A stretch of DNA of 64,000 bases, taken from contig DATCZS010000043.1 in assembly GCA_036525795.1 (NCBI GenBank), positions 5,402 through 69,401 of the forward strand, given 5' to 3'. Of the stretch, positions 26,885 through 35,564 are shown piece after piece. The translations under genes were made by a program, and so were the position numbers. This DNA comes from Acidimicrobiia bacterium. GTDB taxonomy: Bacteria > Actinomycetota > Acidimicrobiia > Spongiisociales > ZC4RG35. Within the stretch, counting starts at the first letter, position 1. Every line of letters starts with the position of its first letter. The notes beneath the pieces were generated by a model. That model was not told the DNA's origin. It worked only from the letters and a program-made list of their open reading frames with translations, and searched no databases.

Positions 26885-28273
26885 TTGACCCGACCGCAGA
26901 TCAGTTTCCTCGGCGCGGCTCGCACCGTGACCGGCAGCCGATTCCTGGTCGAGGCCGGCGCGTCCCGCGTCCTCATCGACTGCGGCATGTTTCAGGGCAG
27001 GAAGGACCTCCGCCTGCGCAACTGGGCCGCGTTCGCGGTGGATCCGAGGTCGATTGACGCCCTGGTGGTGAGCCACGCCCATCTCGACCATGTCGGGTAT
27101 GCGCCGGCCCTGGTGCGCCAGGGGTTCCCCGGACCGATCCACTCGACCGTCTCGACCGCCCGACTGTCCGACGTCGTGCTTCGCGACTCGGGGCGGTTGC
27201 ACGAGGCAGACGCCGAGCGGGCCAACCGCAAGGGATACACCACCCACCGGCCGGCGCTGCCTCTCTATACAGAGGCGGACGCCATCGAGGCGACCAAGCG
27301 CTTCGTCACGTCGGACTTCGGCGAGAGACGCCGGATCGCCGACGGCGTGTGGATGACCTTCCGCCGGGCCGGCCACATCCTCGGTTCGGCATCCGTCCTC
27401 CTCGAATTCGACGACGGAACCCCGTCTGTCTGCTTCTCGGGCGATCTGGGACGCCCGCGCCACCCGATCCTGGCACCACCCGAGCCGCTCACCCCGGTGG
27501 GAACGGTGGTCGTGGAGTCGACCTACGGTGACGAGGAGCACGTCGAGGAGGACGGAACCGAAGAACTGGGAGAGGTGATCGCGGCCACCCTCGATCGTAG
27601 GGGCGTGGTGGTCATCCCGGCCTTCGCGGTCGACCGAACCGAGATCGTCCTGCACTCGCTTCGCAGGCTCACGACCTCCGGAGTCATCCCCCAGGTTCCG
27701 GTGTACCTCGACAGCCCGATGGCCCGCGCCGCCCTCGGCATATACCTCCGGGCGGTGGACGAGGGCCACCCGGAGATCCGCCCGGAGGTGACCGGTCATC
27801 CCGAGGTCTTCGACCCGGGCGACCTGCAGATCGCCGAGTCGGTCGAAGACTCCAAGGCGATCAACCACGTGCGCGGACCGCACATCATCATCTCCGCCTC
27901 GGGAATGGCGACCGGGGGACGCGTGCTCCACCACCTCAAGAGGCTCCTGCCCGGGCGCCTCAACACCGTGGTGCTGGTCGGATACCAGGCGACAGGGACC
28001 CGCGGCCAGAGCCTGCTGTCGGGAGCGAGGACGGTCAGGATCCACGGCGAGGACATACCGGTCGAGGCCAGTGTGGCCTCGGTACCCGCCTTCAGCGTGC
28101 ACGCCGACCGCAGCGAGTTGCTCGACTGGCTGGCGTCCGCCGACCGGCCGCCGGAGCGGGTGGTCGCAGTCCACGGCGACGAGGACGCGGCCACCGCCCT
28201 CGTGCGGGCGGTGGAGGATGTGCTGGACCGGCCCGCGACCGCCCCCGAGGACGGAATGGTCCTCGCGCTGTGA
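26885..28273 (+). CDS. MBL-fold beta-CASP family nuclease (RNA-metabolising metallo-beta-lactamase)
   Basis: ISFLGAARTVTGSRFLV, VSHAHLDHVGY, beta-CASP region, C-terminal RMMBL-like VHGDEDA. 462 aa. Confidence 0.85.
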   Translation: MTRPQISFLGAARTVTGSRFLVEAGASRVLIDCGMFQGRKDLRLRNWAAFAVDPRSIDALVVSHAHLDHVGYAPALVRQGFPGPIHSTVSTARLSDVVLRDSGRLHEADAERANRKGYTTHRPALPLYTEADAIEATKRFVTSDFGERRRIADGVWMTFRRAGHILGSASVLLEFDDGTPSVCFSGDLGRPRHPILAPPEPLTPVGTVVVESTYGDEEHVEEDGTEELGEVIAATLDRRGVVVIPAFAVDRTEIVLHSLRRLTTSGVIPQVPVYLDSPMARAALGIYLRAVDEGHPEIRPEVTGHPEVFDPGDLQIAESVEDSKAINHVRGPHIIISASGMATGGRVLHHLKRLLPGRLNTVVLVGYQATGTRGQSLLSGARTVRIHGEDIPVEASVASVPAFSVHADRSELLDWLASADRPPERVVAVHGDEDAATALVRAVEDVLDRPATAPEDGMVLAL

Positions 28274-28344
28274 CCGCCGCCCTCCCCCCGACCCGGTGAG
28301 GGCGCGGCGAAGTGAGACGCGACCGCTCGTTCCGGCGCGCCGGT

Positions 28345-28530
28345 TCAGTGCGAGACGCGCTCTCTCTGGTGATGCACCGGTACCACGCTCTCCCGGGTGA
28401 GGGTCGATACGTGGCCGTCTTCCCACTCCACGTCGATGAACTCGTCGTGGACGTCGACAATCCGCCCCATCCGGGTCGGCGCACCGATCTTGGCCGTCAG
28501 CGTGGTTACCGTCTGACCCTTCCTCAGCAT
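28345..28530 (-). CDS. DUF1918-like small protein
   Basis: MLRKGQTVT..GAPTRMGRIVDVHDEFIDVEWEDGHVSTL; 61 aa, SH3-like pattern of DUF1918 proteins. The rest of listed ORF 28345..29301 is an artefact. Confidence 0.5.
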   Translation of the reverse strand: MLRKGQTVTTLTAKIGAPTRMGRIVDVHDEFIDVEWEDGHVSTLTRESVVPVHHQRERVSH

Positions 28531-28586
28531 GTGGCAAACGTACGCCGGGGCAGATGCGAAGGTCGAGGGCCGGTGGTCCCTAACGG

Positions 28587-29372
28587 TCAGTCCAACCGGA
28601 CGATCGCTGCCTCTCCCCCGTCGGTGACCACCCACACCAGGTCGGGACCGGGCACCAGCGCGACGATGTCCGCCGGTATGCCGGGGTCGACGACAGCCGG
28701 GCTGATGACGCCGGCCGGGTCGTAGAGAAACACCCGCCGGTCGCTCGCCCCGACCAGCACCCCTCCGGCGCAGATCAGATGCCCGACGGGCCCGACCGGC
28801 GACTCGAGGGGGCGCCCGGCCGCTGCGTCGGCCATCGATCGCCGGGTCAGGGTCGAACCGGCCGCCAGCCACAGCCACCCGGCACACCCGACGGCCCGCT
28901 CCGGCTTCTCTCCTTCGATCGAACCCAGGCTGCGGCGGGTCGAGGACTGGATCGAACCTCCCGGCGTCACCCACCACAGTTCGTCGCCGATCACCGTGGC
29001 CAGCATGGCGTCCACCTCGACGGGCGGATAGAGATGATGCTCGCGTACCTGATGGGCGAGACCATCCCCGATCAACCAGACGACCTGGTCTCCATCGAAC
29101 AGCCGGACGTCGTCGCCCACGTCCAGCGGAATCGGGCTCCACTCCGGCGGACTGCACCGGACGGTCCGGGTCGCGGTCGTCATCACGAGATCGCCGCCCG
29201 CCGACCCGATCCGGTGAACCGGGCCATCCACCGAGACTCGGCGCTGCTCGGTGCCGCCCATCGCCTGGTATTGCACGGCGGTTCCGTCCGAGACGATCCA
29301 CACGAAGGGTCCCAACCGGGTGGCGCCCCTCGCCCCGGGGAGCACTTCGATCTTGATGACTCGCGGAAGCAC
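28587..29372 (-). CDS. Hypothetical cytoplasmic protein, probably all-beta
   Basis: 261 aa with natural composition, no signal peptide or TM, no recognised motif. Confidence 0.45.
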   Translation of the reverse strand: MLPRVIKIEVLPGARGATRLGPFVWIVSDGTAVQYQAMGGTEQRRVSVDGPVHRIGSAGGDLVMTTATRTVRCSPPEWSPIPLDVGDDVRLFDGDQVVWLIGDGLAHQVREHHLYPPVEVDAMLATVIGDELWWVTPGGSIQSSTRRSLGSIEGEKPERAVGCAGWLWLAAGSTLTRRSMADAAAGRPLESPVGPVGHLICAGGVLVGASDRRVFLYDPAGVISPAVVDPGIPADIVALVPGPDLVWVVTDGGEAAIVRLD

Positions 29373-29501
29373 GAGGCCAGCCTATCCGCCATCACCGTTC
29401 GATCGACTTTCGACGCGGTCGGGCCTGGGGGTGCCGCAGAGCCGGCGTCGGTGCGCTGCAGACGCCCCCCAACCCTCCACCGATCTACCGTTGGCCCGGG
29501 A

Positions 29502-30173
29502 ATGCAGATCGAACAGGACAGAGGTGAGCTCATCTACGTCGGTGATCCGATGTGCTCGTGGTGCTGGGGGATCGCCCCCGAACTGGAATCCCTGCAGGAA
29601 CGCCGGCCGGATCTGGGTTTTCGGGTGGTCGTGGGGGGGCTGCGACCGGGCCCGAACGCAGAGGAGATGACCGAAGGCATGGCCCGCTACCTGGGACATC
29701 ACTGGCGGCAGGTGACGGCCCGCTCGGGACAACGGTTCGACCACTCGATCCTGGAGCGCCGTGGCTGGAGCTACGACACCGAGCCGGCATGCAAGGCGGT
29801 GGTGGTGATGCGCCGCCTCGCCCCGGACCTGGCGTGGCCGTTGTTCAAGAGGCTGCAGCAGGCGTTCTACGCGGAAGGGATCGTGATCTCCGACCCTGAG
29901 ACGATTCCTGCCCTCGTCGGGGAGTTCGACGTCGACGTCGATGCGTTCATGGAGTCCTTCGGCTCGACCGAGGCGGCCAGAGCCACGTGGAGCGACTTCG
30001 CCACCGCCCGAAGCTGGGGCATTTCGGGGTTCCCGACCGTCATCGTTCGCGTGGGCGAACACGCCCACGTCGTCGCTCGCGGATACGCCCCGGTCGATGA
30101 ACTCGAGACCGCCCTCGCCCGATTCGTCGGAGACTCGCCTTCTCACTCGTGTCCGCCGGGACAGATGTGCTGA
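29502..30173 (+). CDS. DsbA-family thioredoxin-fold protein
   Basis: MQIEQDRGELIYVGDPMCSWCWG (CxxC). 223 aa. ATG 29502 lies in frame within listed ORF 28779..30173. Confidence 0.75.
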   Translation: MQIEQDRGELIYVGDPMCSWCWGIAPELESLQERRPDLGFRVVVGGLRPGPNAEEMTEGMARYLGHHWRQVTARSGQRFDHSILERRGWSYDTEPACKAVVVMRRLAPDLAWPLFKRLQQAFYAEGIVISDPETIPALVGEFDVDVDAFMESFGSTEAARATWSDFATARSWGISGFPTVIVRVGEHAHVVARGYAPVDELETALARFVGDSPSHSCPPGQMC

Positions 30174-30309
30174 TCGCTCGGCTGTCGGCTGCCCGGGACC
30201 GGCACGTCCGGCACTCCCGCGCCCCGGCGTGATCCGTTCCATCTCCATCCGGGAACCGGTCGGCCACGGACGACGTCCAAACGCCGACTGTCTCAGGAGG
30301 ACAAACCCA

Positions 30310-32301
30310 ATGCGACGACTCACCGCCCTGCTCACCGGCATCACGCTGTTCATCGGGGCGTGCTCGGCCGCCACCGTGGACGGCGGACCGACCACCACCG
30401 CAACGGGCGGACCGTCCGCCCTCGTCGGCTCCGTGTTCCGGGTGTTCGACACCTGCGACGACCTCCTCTCCTACTACCAGACCAACGCGCTGGAGATGGT
30501 CGGGCCGTGGGGCCTGGACGGATTCCCCCTGTACTCCATGGGGGACACGGCCGTCCCGGCACTCGCCGCCGACGGCGCGGCCGAGGCCGCTAGCCCGGCC
30601 CGAGTCACCGGGACCAACAACCAGATCGCCGGCGTCGACGAGGCCGACATCGTCAAGACAGACGGATCCCGGATCTTCACCATCACAGACGGTGTGTTCC
30701 GCGTGCTCACGGTCGGGGCGACGGTCGAACTCCGCGGACGGATCCAGCTCGACTGGTGGCCCCAGGCCATGCTGCTCCACGGGGATGCGGTCCTTCTGAT
30801 CGGACAGGTGTGGGGTGGTGCCGGCATCAGCCCCCTCGAGGACCGCGTCGGCATCGCACCGCAGTATCAGTCGACCGTCACCCGGCTCATGCAGGTCGAC
30901 GTCTCCGATCCCGACCGACCCCGGGTCGATGCGACGCTGGACATGGACGGGACGTACGTCAGCGCCCGTCTGGTGGACGGCATCGTCCGGCTGGCCATCA
31001 CCTCCTCCCCGGTCGGCATCGAATGGGCCTACCCGGACGGAAGCGGCATCCGCGCCGAGCGCGAAGCCACCGAGGCAAACCGGCAGATCATCGGTGACAC
31101 CACGCTCGACAACTGGCTCCCGTACTACGTGTACCGCAGCGACGGCATCGAACGGGAAGGGCGTCTACTCGACTGCACCAAGGTGATGGCGCCCAACGAG
31201 TTCTCCGGCCTCGAGACGCTGTCCCTGCTCACCTTCGACCTCGCATCAGGACTCCAGTCCTGGGCAGACGCAGCGGTGGTGGCGTCCGGCTCCACGATGT
31301 ACGCCACCGAAGACCACGTCTACCTGGCCACCCAGCGCTGGGTCGACTGGCGGGTGCTGGCCGACACCGGCGAGATCGACGACGCAGCAGACGGATTCCG
31401 CACCCAGATCCATCTCTTCGACACGACCGACCCGGGCGCTCCCCGCTACATGGCCTCGGGCGAGGTGCGCGGCTTCCTGCTCAACCAGTTCTCGCTGGAT
31501 GAACACGGCGGGGTGCTCCGTGTGGCGACCACCAGTCAACCCACGGGATGGGGCTTCAGCACCGCCTCGGAGAGCCAGGTGGTGACCCTGCGCCGGGACG
31601 GCGACCGCCTGGAGACGCTCGGTCAGGTGGGCGGCCTCGGCAAGGGAGAGCAGATCTACTCGGTGCGGTTCATGGGCGACCTCGGATACGTGGTGACCTT
31701 CCGCCAGACCGATCCGCTCTACGTGATCGACCTGTCCGACCCGGCCACCCCGGCCGCCGTGGGCGAGCTCAAGATCAACGGCTACTCGGCGTACCTCCAT
31801 CCGGTGGGCGAGGGACGCCTCCTCGGCCTCGGCCAGGACGCCACCGACGAGGGTCGCCGATTGGGAACCCAGCTCTCGCTGTTCGACGTCACCGACCCTG
31901 CCGATCCCCAGCGCCTGGACACCGTCTCGATGGACGGCGGCTGGTCGGCCGTCGAAGGCGACCACCACGCCTTCACCTTCGTCGACGGCCTCGTGCTGGC
32001 TCCGTTCGAGTCGTGGATCTGGGGACCTGCCGACGGCGACGCCGTCGAATCCGGCCGGTTCGACACAGGAGTGATGGCGGTGCGGGTCGAGGGCGATCGT
32101 CTGACGCTCGCCGACATCCTCCGGCCCATGTTCGACGGCCCGATCGACGAAAAGGACCTCTGGGAAACCGGCAACGACCCATGGCGCATGGTTCCTCTGC
32201 GCACCATCGTCATCGGCGATCGGATCTTCACGATCACCAACGGGGGCGTGGCGATCCACGACTTCTCGACCTACCAGCGGCTCGACGTCGTCGAGTTCTA
32301 G
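30310..32301 (+). CDS. Secreted beta-propeller-domain lipoprotein
   Basis: SD CAGGAGGA. MRRLTALLTGITLFIGACS lipobox. GVDEADIVKTDG and YSVRFMGDLGYVVTFRQTDPLYVIDLSDP are typical of the bacterial/archaeal beta-propeller family. Confidence 0.7.
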   Translation: MRRLTALLTGITLFIGACSAATVDGGPTTTATGGPSALVGSVFRVFDTCDDLLSYYQTNALEMVGPWGLDGFPLYSMGDTAVPALAADGAAEAASPARVTGTNNQIAGVDEADIVKTDGSRIFTITDGVFRVLTVGATVELRGRIQLDWWPQAMLLHGDAVLLIGQVWGGAGISPLEDRVGIAPQYQSTVTRLMQVDVSDPDRPRVDATLDMDGTYVSARLVDGIVRLAITSSPVGIEWAYPDGSGIRAEREATEANRQIIGDTTLDNWLPYYVYRSDGIEREGRLLDCTKVMAPNEFSGLETLSLLTFDLASGLQSWADAAVVASGSTMYATEDHVYLATQRWVDWRVLADTGEIDDAADGFRTQIHLFDTTDPGAPRYMASGEVRGFLLNQFSLDEHGGVLRVATTSQPTGWGFSTASESQVVTLRRDGDRLETLGQVGGLGKGEQIYSVRFMGDLGYVVTFRQTDPLYVIDLSDPATPAAVGELKINGYSAYLHPVGEGRLLGLGQDATDEGRRLGTQLSLFDVTDPADPQRLDTVSMDGGWSAVEGDHHAFTFVDGLVLAPFESWIWGPADGDAVESGRFDTGVMAVRVEGDRLTLADILRPMFDGPIDEKDLWETGNDPWRMVPLRTIVIGDRIFTITNGGVAIHDFSTYQRLDVVEF

Positions 32302-32368
32302 GGGTGTCTCGAGGGGTCTCGATGCGGGGCACTCCCAGATCGCGAAATCCGGCCATGCAGAACCCTTG

Positions 32369-32382
32369 CGAACATATGTTCG
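32369..32382. promoter_or_regulatory. LexA (SOS/Cheo) box CGAACATATGTTCG
   Basis: Perfect 14-nt palindrome GAAC-N4-GTTC with an AT-only spacer, in an intergenic gap 19 nt upstream of ATG 32402. Embeds the -10-like hexamer TATGTT. Confidence 0.7.
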
Positions 32383-32401
32383 ATCGGGCTACCTTCGGGC
32401 G

Positions 32402-33211
32402 ATGCCGCCTCCAGGGCCACCGATTGCCGACCGCCGGCGCCGGGTAGATCTCCTCCGCCGCGATCTCCAGGCTCTGCGAGAGCGCTATGGGCGGCTCCCC
32501 GTCGACATCTCCGTCGCCGAACGGCTCGACACCCGGATGGAACGCAACCGACACCGGATCACCCATCTCCAGAACCAGATCGCCGCGCTGCAGACCGAGG
32601 TGCAGCAGATCGAACGAGAGCTCGACGGATACCTGGCAGGCGTCGAAGCGCTGCTCTCGGACGCCGCCGACCAGGTTCGCCGGCTCGAAAAGGAGGGCTG
32701 GTCGCCCGTCCCGATCCTCGGGTACCGCATGTGGAACGTGGTCGACGGGGCGGTCACAGGCGTGGTTCAGCCATGGAAGAGCCGCACCAAGCTGGCCCGC
32801 TGTCTCAATGGCGTGGACGGCGAGGATATACCCCACTCGCACGGGCGGTGCGGGCCGCCTCCGTGCGGGGTGTATGCCACCAAGGAGCCGGAGACGATCT
32901 ATCGGCAGATGCCGAGGCATGCGGACTGGGCGATCGGCCTCGTCGAACTGAGCGGCAAGGTGGTGGAGCATTCACAGGGCTACCGGGCGCAGCGGGCGAC
33001 CCTCGCCGCGATGTGGCTGGTGGTCGGAGACAGAGCGGCGGCCGTCGAGGGGGCACGGGCGCTCGAGGCGGCGCTGGCAGACCCGGTCGGCGCCACGCAC
33101 GGCGGCACGTCGCGCAGGGCGGACGCCACCGAGTACGAAGACGCCTGCCGCTATCTGGCGGGCGTGAGAGGAGGGAGAATCGCATGGACATCGGAGAACA
33201 GGAGCGCGTGA
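32402..33211 (+). CDS. Hypothetical protein: N-terminal coiled coil plus C-terminal Cys/His-motif domain
   Basis: ATG 32402; the TTG 32366 alternative would bury the LexA box. Heptad-like LQALRERYGRL...HLQNQIAALQTEVQQIERELD. C-terminal CLNGVDGEDIPHSHGRCGPPPCGVYATK...VVEHSQGYRAQRA. Confidence 0.55.
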   Translation: MPPPGPPIADRRRRVDLLRRDLQALRERYGRLPVDISVAERLDTRMERNRHRITHLQNQIAALQTEVQQIERELDGYLAGVEALLSDAADQVRRLEKEGWSPVPILGYRMWNVVDGAVTGVVQPWKSRTKLARCLNGVDGEDIPHSHGRCGPPPCGVYATKEPETIYRQMPRHADWAIGLVELSGKVVEHSQGYRAQRATLAAMWLVVGDRAAAVEGARALEAALADPVGATHGGTSRRADATEYEDACRYLAGVRGGRIAWTSENRSA

Positions 33212-33342
33212 TCATCGTCGAGCCGCTCGAGACGCCGGAGGAGCCCCGCCGGCCTGCACCTCGACGCCAGCCGGCAGTGCCCCAACCCGCAGAGAAGGAT
33301 GCAGCGCCGATAGAGAGGGAGACGGAGCCGGCAGAGATCTGA
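33184..33342 (+). CDS. Small acidic Pro/Glu-rich protein (52 aa)
   Basis: Strong SD AGGAGGG 8 nt upstream of the ATG. MDIGEQERVIIVEPLETPEEPRRPAP.... Overlaps the 3' end of the upstream gene by 28 nt. Confidence 0.4.
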   Translation: MDIGEQERVIIVEPLETPEEPRRPAPRRQPAVPQPAEKDAAPIERETEPAEI

Positions 33343-33375
33343 TCGATCGCCCTCCGGCGCGCCTACCCTGCGGAC

Positions 33376-33636
33376 GTGCCCGTCGACGACCTGCGCATCC
33401 TCGCATTCGCCATCGTGTTCGGCGCCCTGATGGGCTGGGGCCTGGGGCGAAGGGCGGAAGACCGCCTCGCCACCATGATCGCCACCGGGGTCTCCACCCT
33501 GACCGGGGTGGGGTGTTGGATCGCGGCCCTGGCGCTCGACGCCCCCACCGGGGGAGCCCTCGGCACCGCCGCGGTGTCGCTGACCGGCGGCGCCGGAGCG
33601 GCCCTGGCCGTGCTGGCATTCACCGGCCGCCGGTGA
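33376..33636 (+). CDS. Small integral membrane protein (about 3 TM, 86 aa)
   Basis: GTG start. ILAFAIVFGALMGWGLG, VSTLTGVGCWIAALAL, AAVSLTGGAGAALAVLAF. The 3' end overlaps the convergent trmH-like gene by 17 nt. Confidence 0.4.
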   Translation: MPVDDLRILAFAIVFGALMGWGLGRRAEDRLATMIATGVSTLTGVGCWIAALALDAPTGGALGTAAVSLTGGAGAALAVLAFTGRR

Positions 33637-34486
33637 GCCTCCCGCCCGGGAGACTGCCGCCCGGGAGACTGCCGCCCGGGAGACTGCCGCCGGCGCCCTG
33701 GTCCCGCGCAGTGTGAAGAGCGGCGTAGGCGATGGCGGCGGCCTGGCCGACATTCAGGGAGTCGATGCCCGTCAGGGGGATCCGCACCCGCACATCGGCC
33801 GCCTGCATGGCCGTGTCGGACAGTCCGGGCCCTTCCGCCCCCACCATCACCGCCGGTCGCCCGACTGCGATCTCACCGATGGGAGTGGCGTCCGGGGCCG
33901 GGGTCATGGCGACCAGCGTGAACCCGGCGCGCTTGACGGCGGCGAGATCGGCCGCCCACGAGAGCGAGCGAGCGATCGGCACCGAGAAGAGGGCCCCCAT
34001 CGACACCCGTACGCTGCGCCGGTACCACGGATCGGCGGTGGTCGGGTCGACCAGCACCCCCGCCATCCCCAGCCCGACCGCCGCCCGCAGCACCGCCCCC
34101 AGGTTCTCGTGGTCGTTCACTCCCTCGATGACGGCGAGTGACGCGAGCTCGAGGAGCGAGGCCACCGGAGCGGGGTCGGGGCGACGGGCGGACGCCACGA
34201 CGCCCCGGTGCAGATCGAACCCCACGACCGCCGACATCGTCTGGCGATCGACGACGAACACGGGGACAGATCCGGTCGCCGGAAGGCGATGGTGCACGGA
34301 CTCGAGGCACAACACCGATTCGGCGCCCAGCTCGGAGCCGAGCAGGCGGGTCACCACCGCCAATCCCTCTGCGATGAAGAGCCCCGAGGCCGCCTCGAAC
34401 CGGCGCCGGAAGCCGACGTCGTTGAGCCGCCGGTAGGGATCGAGGCGCCCATCGTCTGGGTCGATGATGCGGTCCACCGCCGCCAC
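33620..34486 (-). CDS. TrmH/SpoU-family RNA 2'-O-methyltransferase with repetitive C-terminal tail
   Basis: NDHENLGAVLRAAVGLG, VMVGAEGPGLS, IPLTGIDSLNVGQAAAIAYA (SPOUT knot). Start uncertain (GTG 34486 or 34477). Tail is GGSLPGGSLPGGSLPGGRLTGGR. Confidence 0.8.
   Translation of the reverse strand: MAAVDRIIDPDDGRLDPYRRLNDVGFRRRFEAASGLFIAEGLAVVTRLLGSELGAESVLCLESVHHRLPATGSVPVFVVDRQTMSAVVGFDLHRGVVASARRPDPAPVASLLELASLAVIEGVNDHENLGAVLRAAVGLGMAGVLVDPTTADPWYRRSVRVSMGALFSVPIARSLSWAADLAAVKRAGFTLVAMTPAPDATPIGEIAVGRPAVMVGAEGPGLSDTAMQAADVRVRIPLTGIDSLNVGQAAAIAYAALHTARDQGAGGSLPGGSLPGGSLPGGRLTGGR
33644..33688. repeat. 15-nt tandem repeat GCCCGGGAGACTGCC x3 (plus diverged flanking copies)
   Basis: Three perfect units read directly. 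In frame in the minus-strand gene, where they encode (GGSLP)3. Confidence 0.9.
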
Positions 34487-34626
34487 GGTACCCCGGAGCG
34501 ACCAGCCACGGCCTTTCCGGCAGGCACACGCGATCGGCAACCACCACCGGCCGGGAGACCCGGCGATGCCGTTGCACCCCGGGCGGTTCCAACGCCGGGG
34601 AGCACGGATAGTCTCCCGAATCACAC

Positions 34627-35520
34627 GTGCCTCCCCTCGACCCGATCAGACGCCCCGTCATCTCCGAGCGCTGGCTCGTCCCGCTGGCGCTGCTCGGTGT
34701 GTACGTGGTGTGGGGATCGACCTACCTGGGCATCGCCGTGATGGTCGAGACCATTCCCCCGCTGCTCGGCAACGCCGTGCGAATGCTCACCGCCGGCGCC
34801 GTGATGTATCTCGTGATCCGCAGACGGGGCGAGGACCGCCCCACCGCCCGCCAGTGGCGCAACGGGGCCGCGGTCGGGACCCTGCTGTTCGTGGGAGGCC
34901 TGGGGCAGGTTTCGGTCGCCGAGTCGATCGGCATCGGGTCGGGTGTCGCGGCCACCGCCATCGCCATGACGCCGGTATGGGCCTCGCTCGTGTCCGGACT
35001 GTTCGGCTCGTGGCCGCGAAGACTGCAGTGGATCGGGCTCGCTCTGGGCGTCGTCGGGGTGGCGGCGCTGTCGCTCGAGGGCGACTTCCAGGCCGAACCC
35101 GCCGGATTCGCTCTGGTTCTCGCCGCCCCCATCCTGTGGTCGTTCGGGTCGGTGTGGTCCAATCACCTCGATCTCCCCGCCTCCAACATGCGCACCGCCC
35201 TGTTCATGATCGGCGGCGGTGCGTCGCTGGCCATCGCCGGGGCGATTCGGGGCGAGGTGGCTCCGATCGAGCCGTCGATGGCGAGCGTCCTGGCCCTGCT
35301 CTACCTCATCTCATTCGGGTCGCTGCTGGCGTTCTCGGCCTACGCCTACCTGCTCCGGACCGTCTCCGCATCCCTGGCAACCAGCTACGCATATGTCAAC
35401 CCGCTGGTGGCCGTCGCACTCGGTGTCTCGCTCGGCGGCGAGGTGCTCACGGGCTCGGCATTCGTCGCCCTGCCTCTCATCGTGGCCGCCGTCGCCCTGA
35501 TCGCCCGCGGGGACCGCTGA
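34627..35520 (+). CDS. EamA/DMT-family transporter
   Basis: 10 predicted TM in two EamA repeats. VVWGSTYLGIAV motif. Confidence 0.85.
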   Translation: MPPLDPIRRPVISERWLVPLALLGVYVVWGSTYLGIAVMVETIPPLLGNAVRMLTAGAVMYLVIRRRGEDRPTARQWRNGAAVGTLLFVGGLGQVSVAESIGIGSGVAATAIAMTPVWASLVSGLFGSWPRRLQWIGLALGVVGVAALSLEGDFQAEPAGFALVLAAPILWSFGSVWSNHLDLPASNMRTALFMIGGGASLAIAGAIRGEVAPIEPSMASVLALLYLISFGSLLAFSAYAYLLRTVSASLATSYAYVNPLVAVALGVSLGGEVLTGSAFVALPLIVAAVALIARGDR

Positions 35521-35564
35521 GACCCGGCGCTCGGCGAGAACGGCGACGGCTAGCGTCCGTCCGG

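Noticed and set aside
28334-28345. The 12-nt palindrome CCGGCGCGCCGG and an imperfect hairpin (GCCGCCCTC...GAGGGCGCGGC, about 28275-28308) as a terminator after the beta-CASP gene.
   Set aside because: The stems are short or bulged, and such GC palindromes are frequent here. The evidence is insufficient to call a terminator.
32366-32401. TTG 32366 as the start of the coiled-coil protein, as in the ORF track.
   Set aside because: It would place the perfect LexA palindrome inside the first codons. ATG 32402 leaves the operator and a -10-like hexamer in the upstream region.
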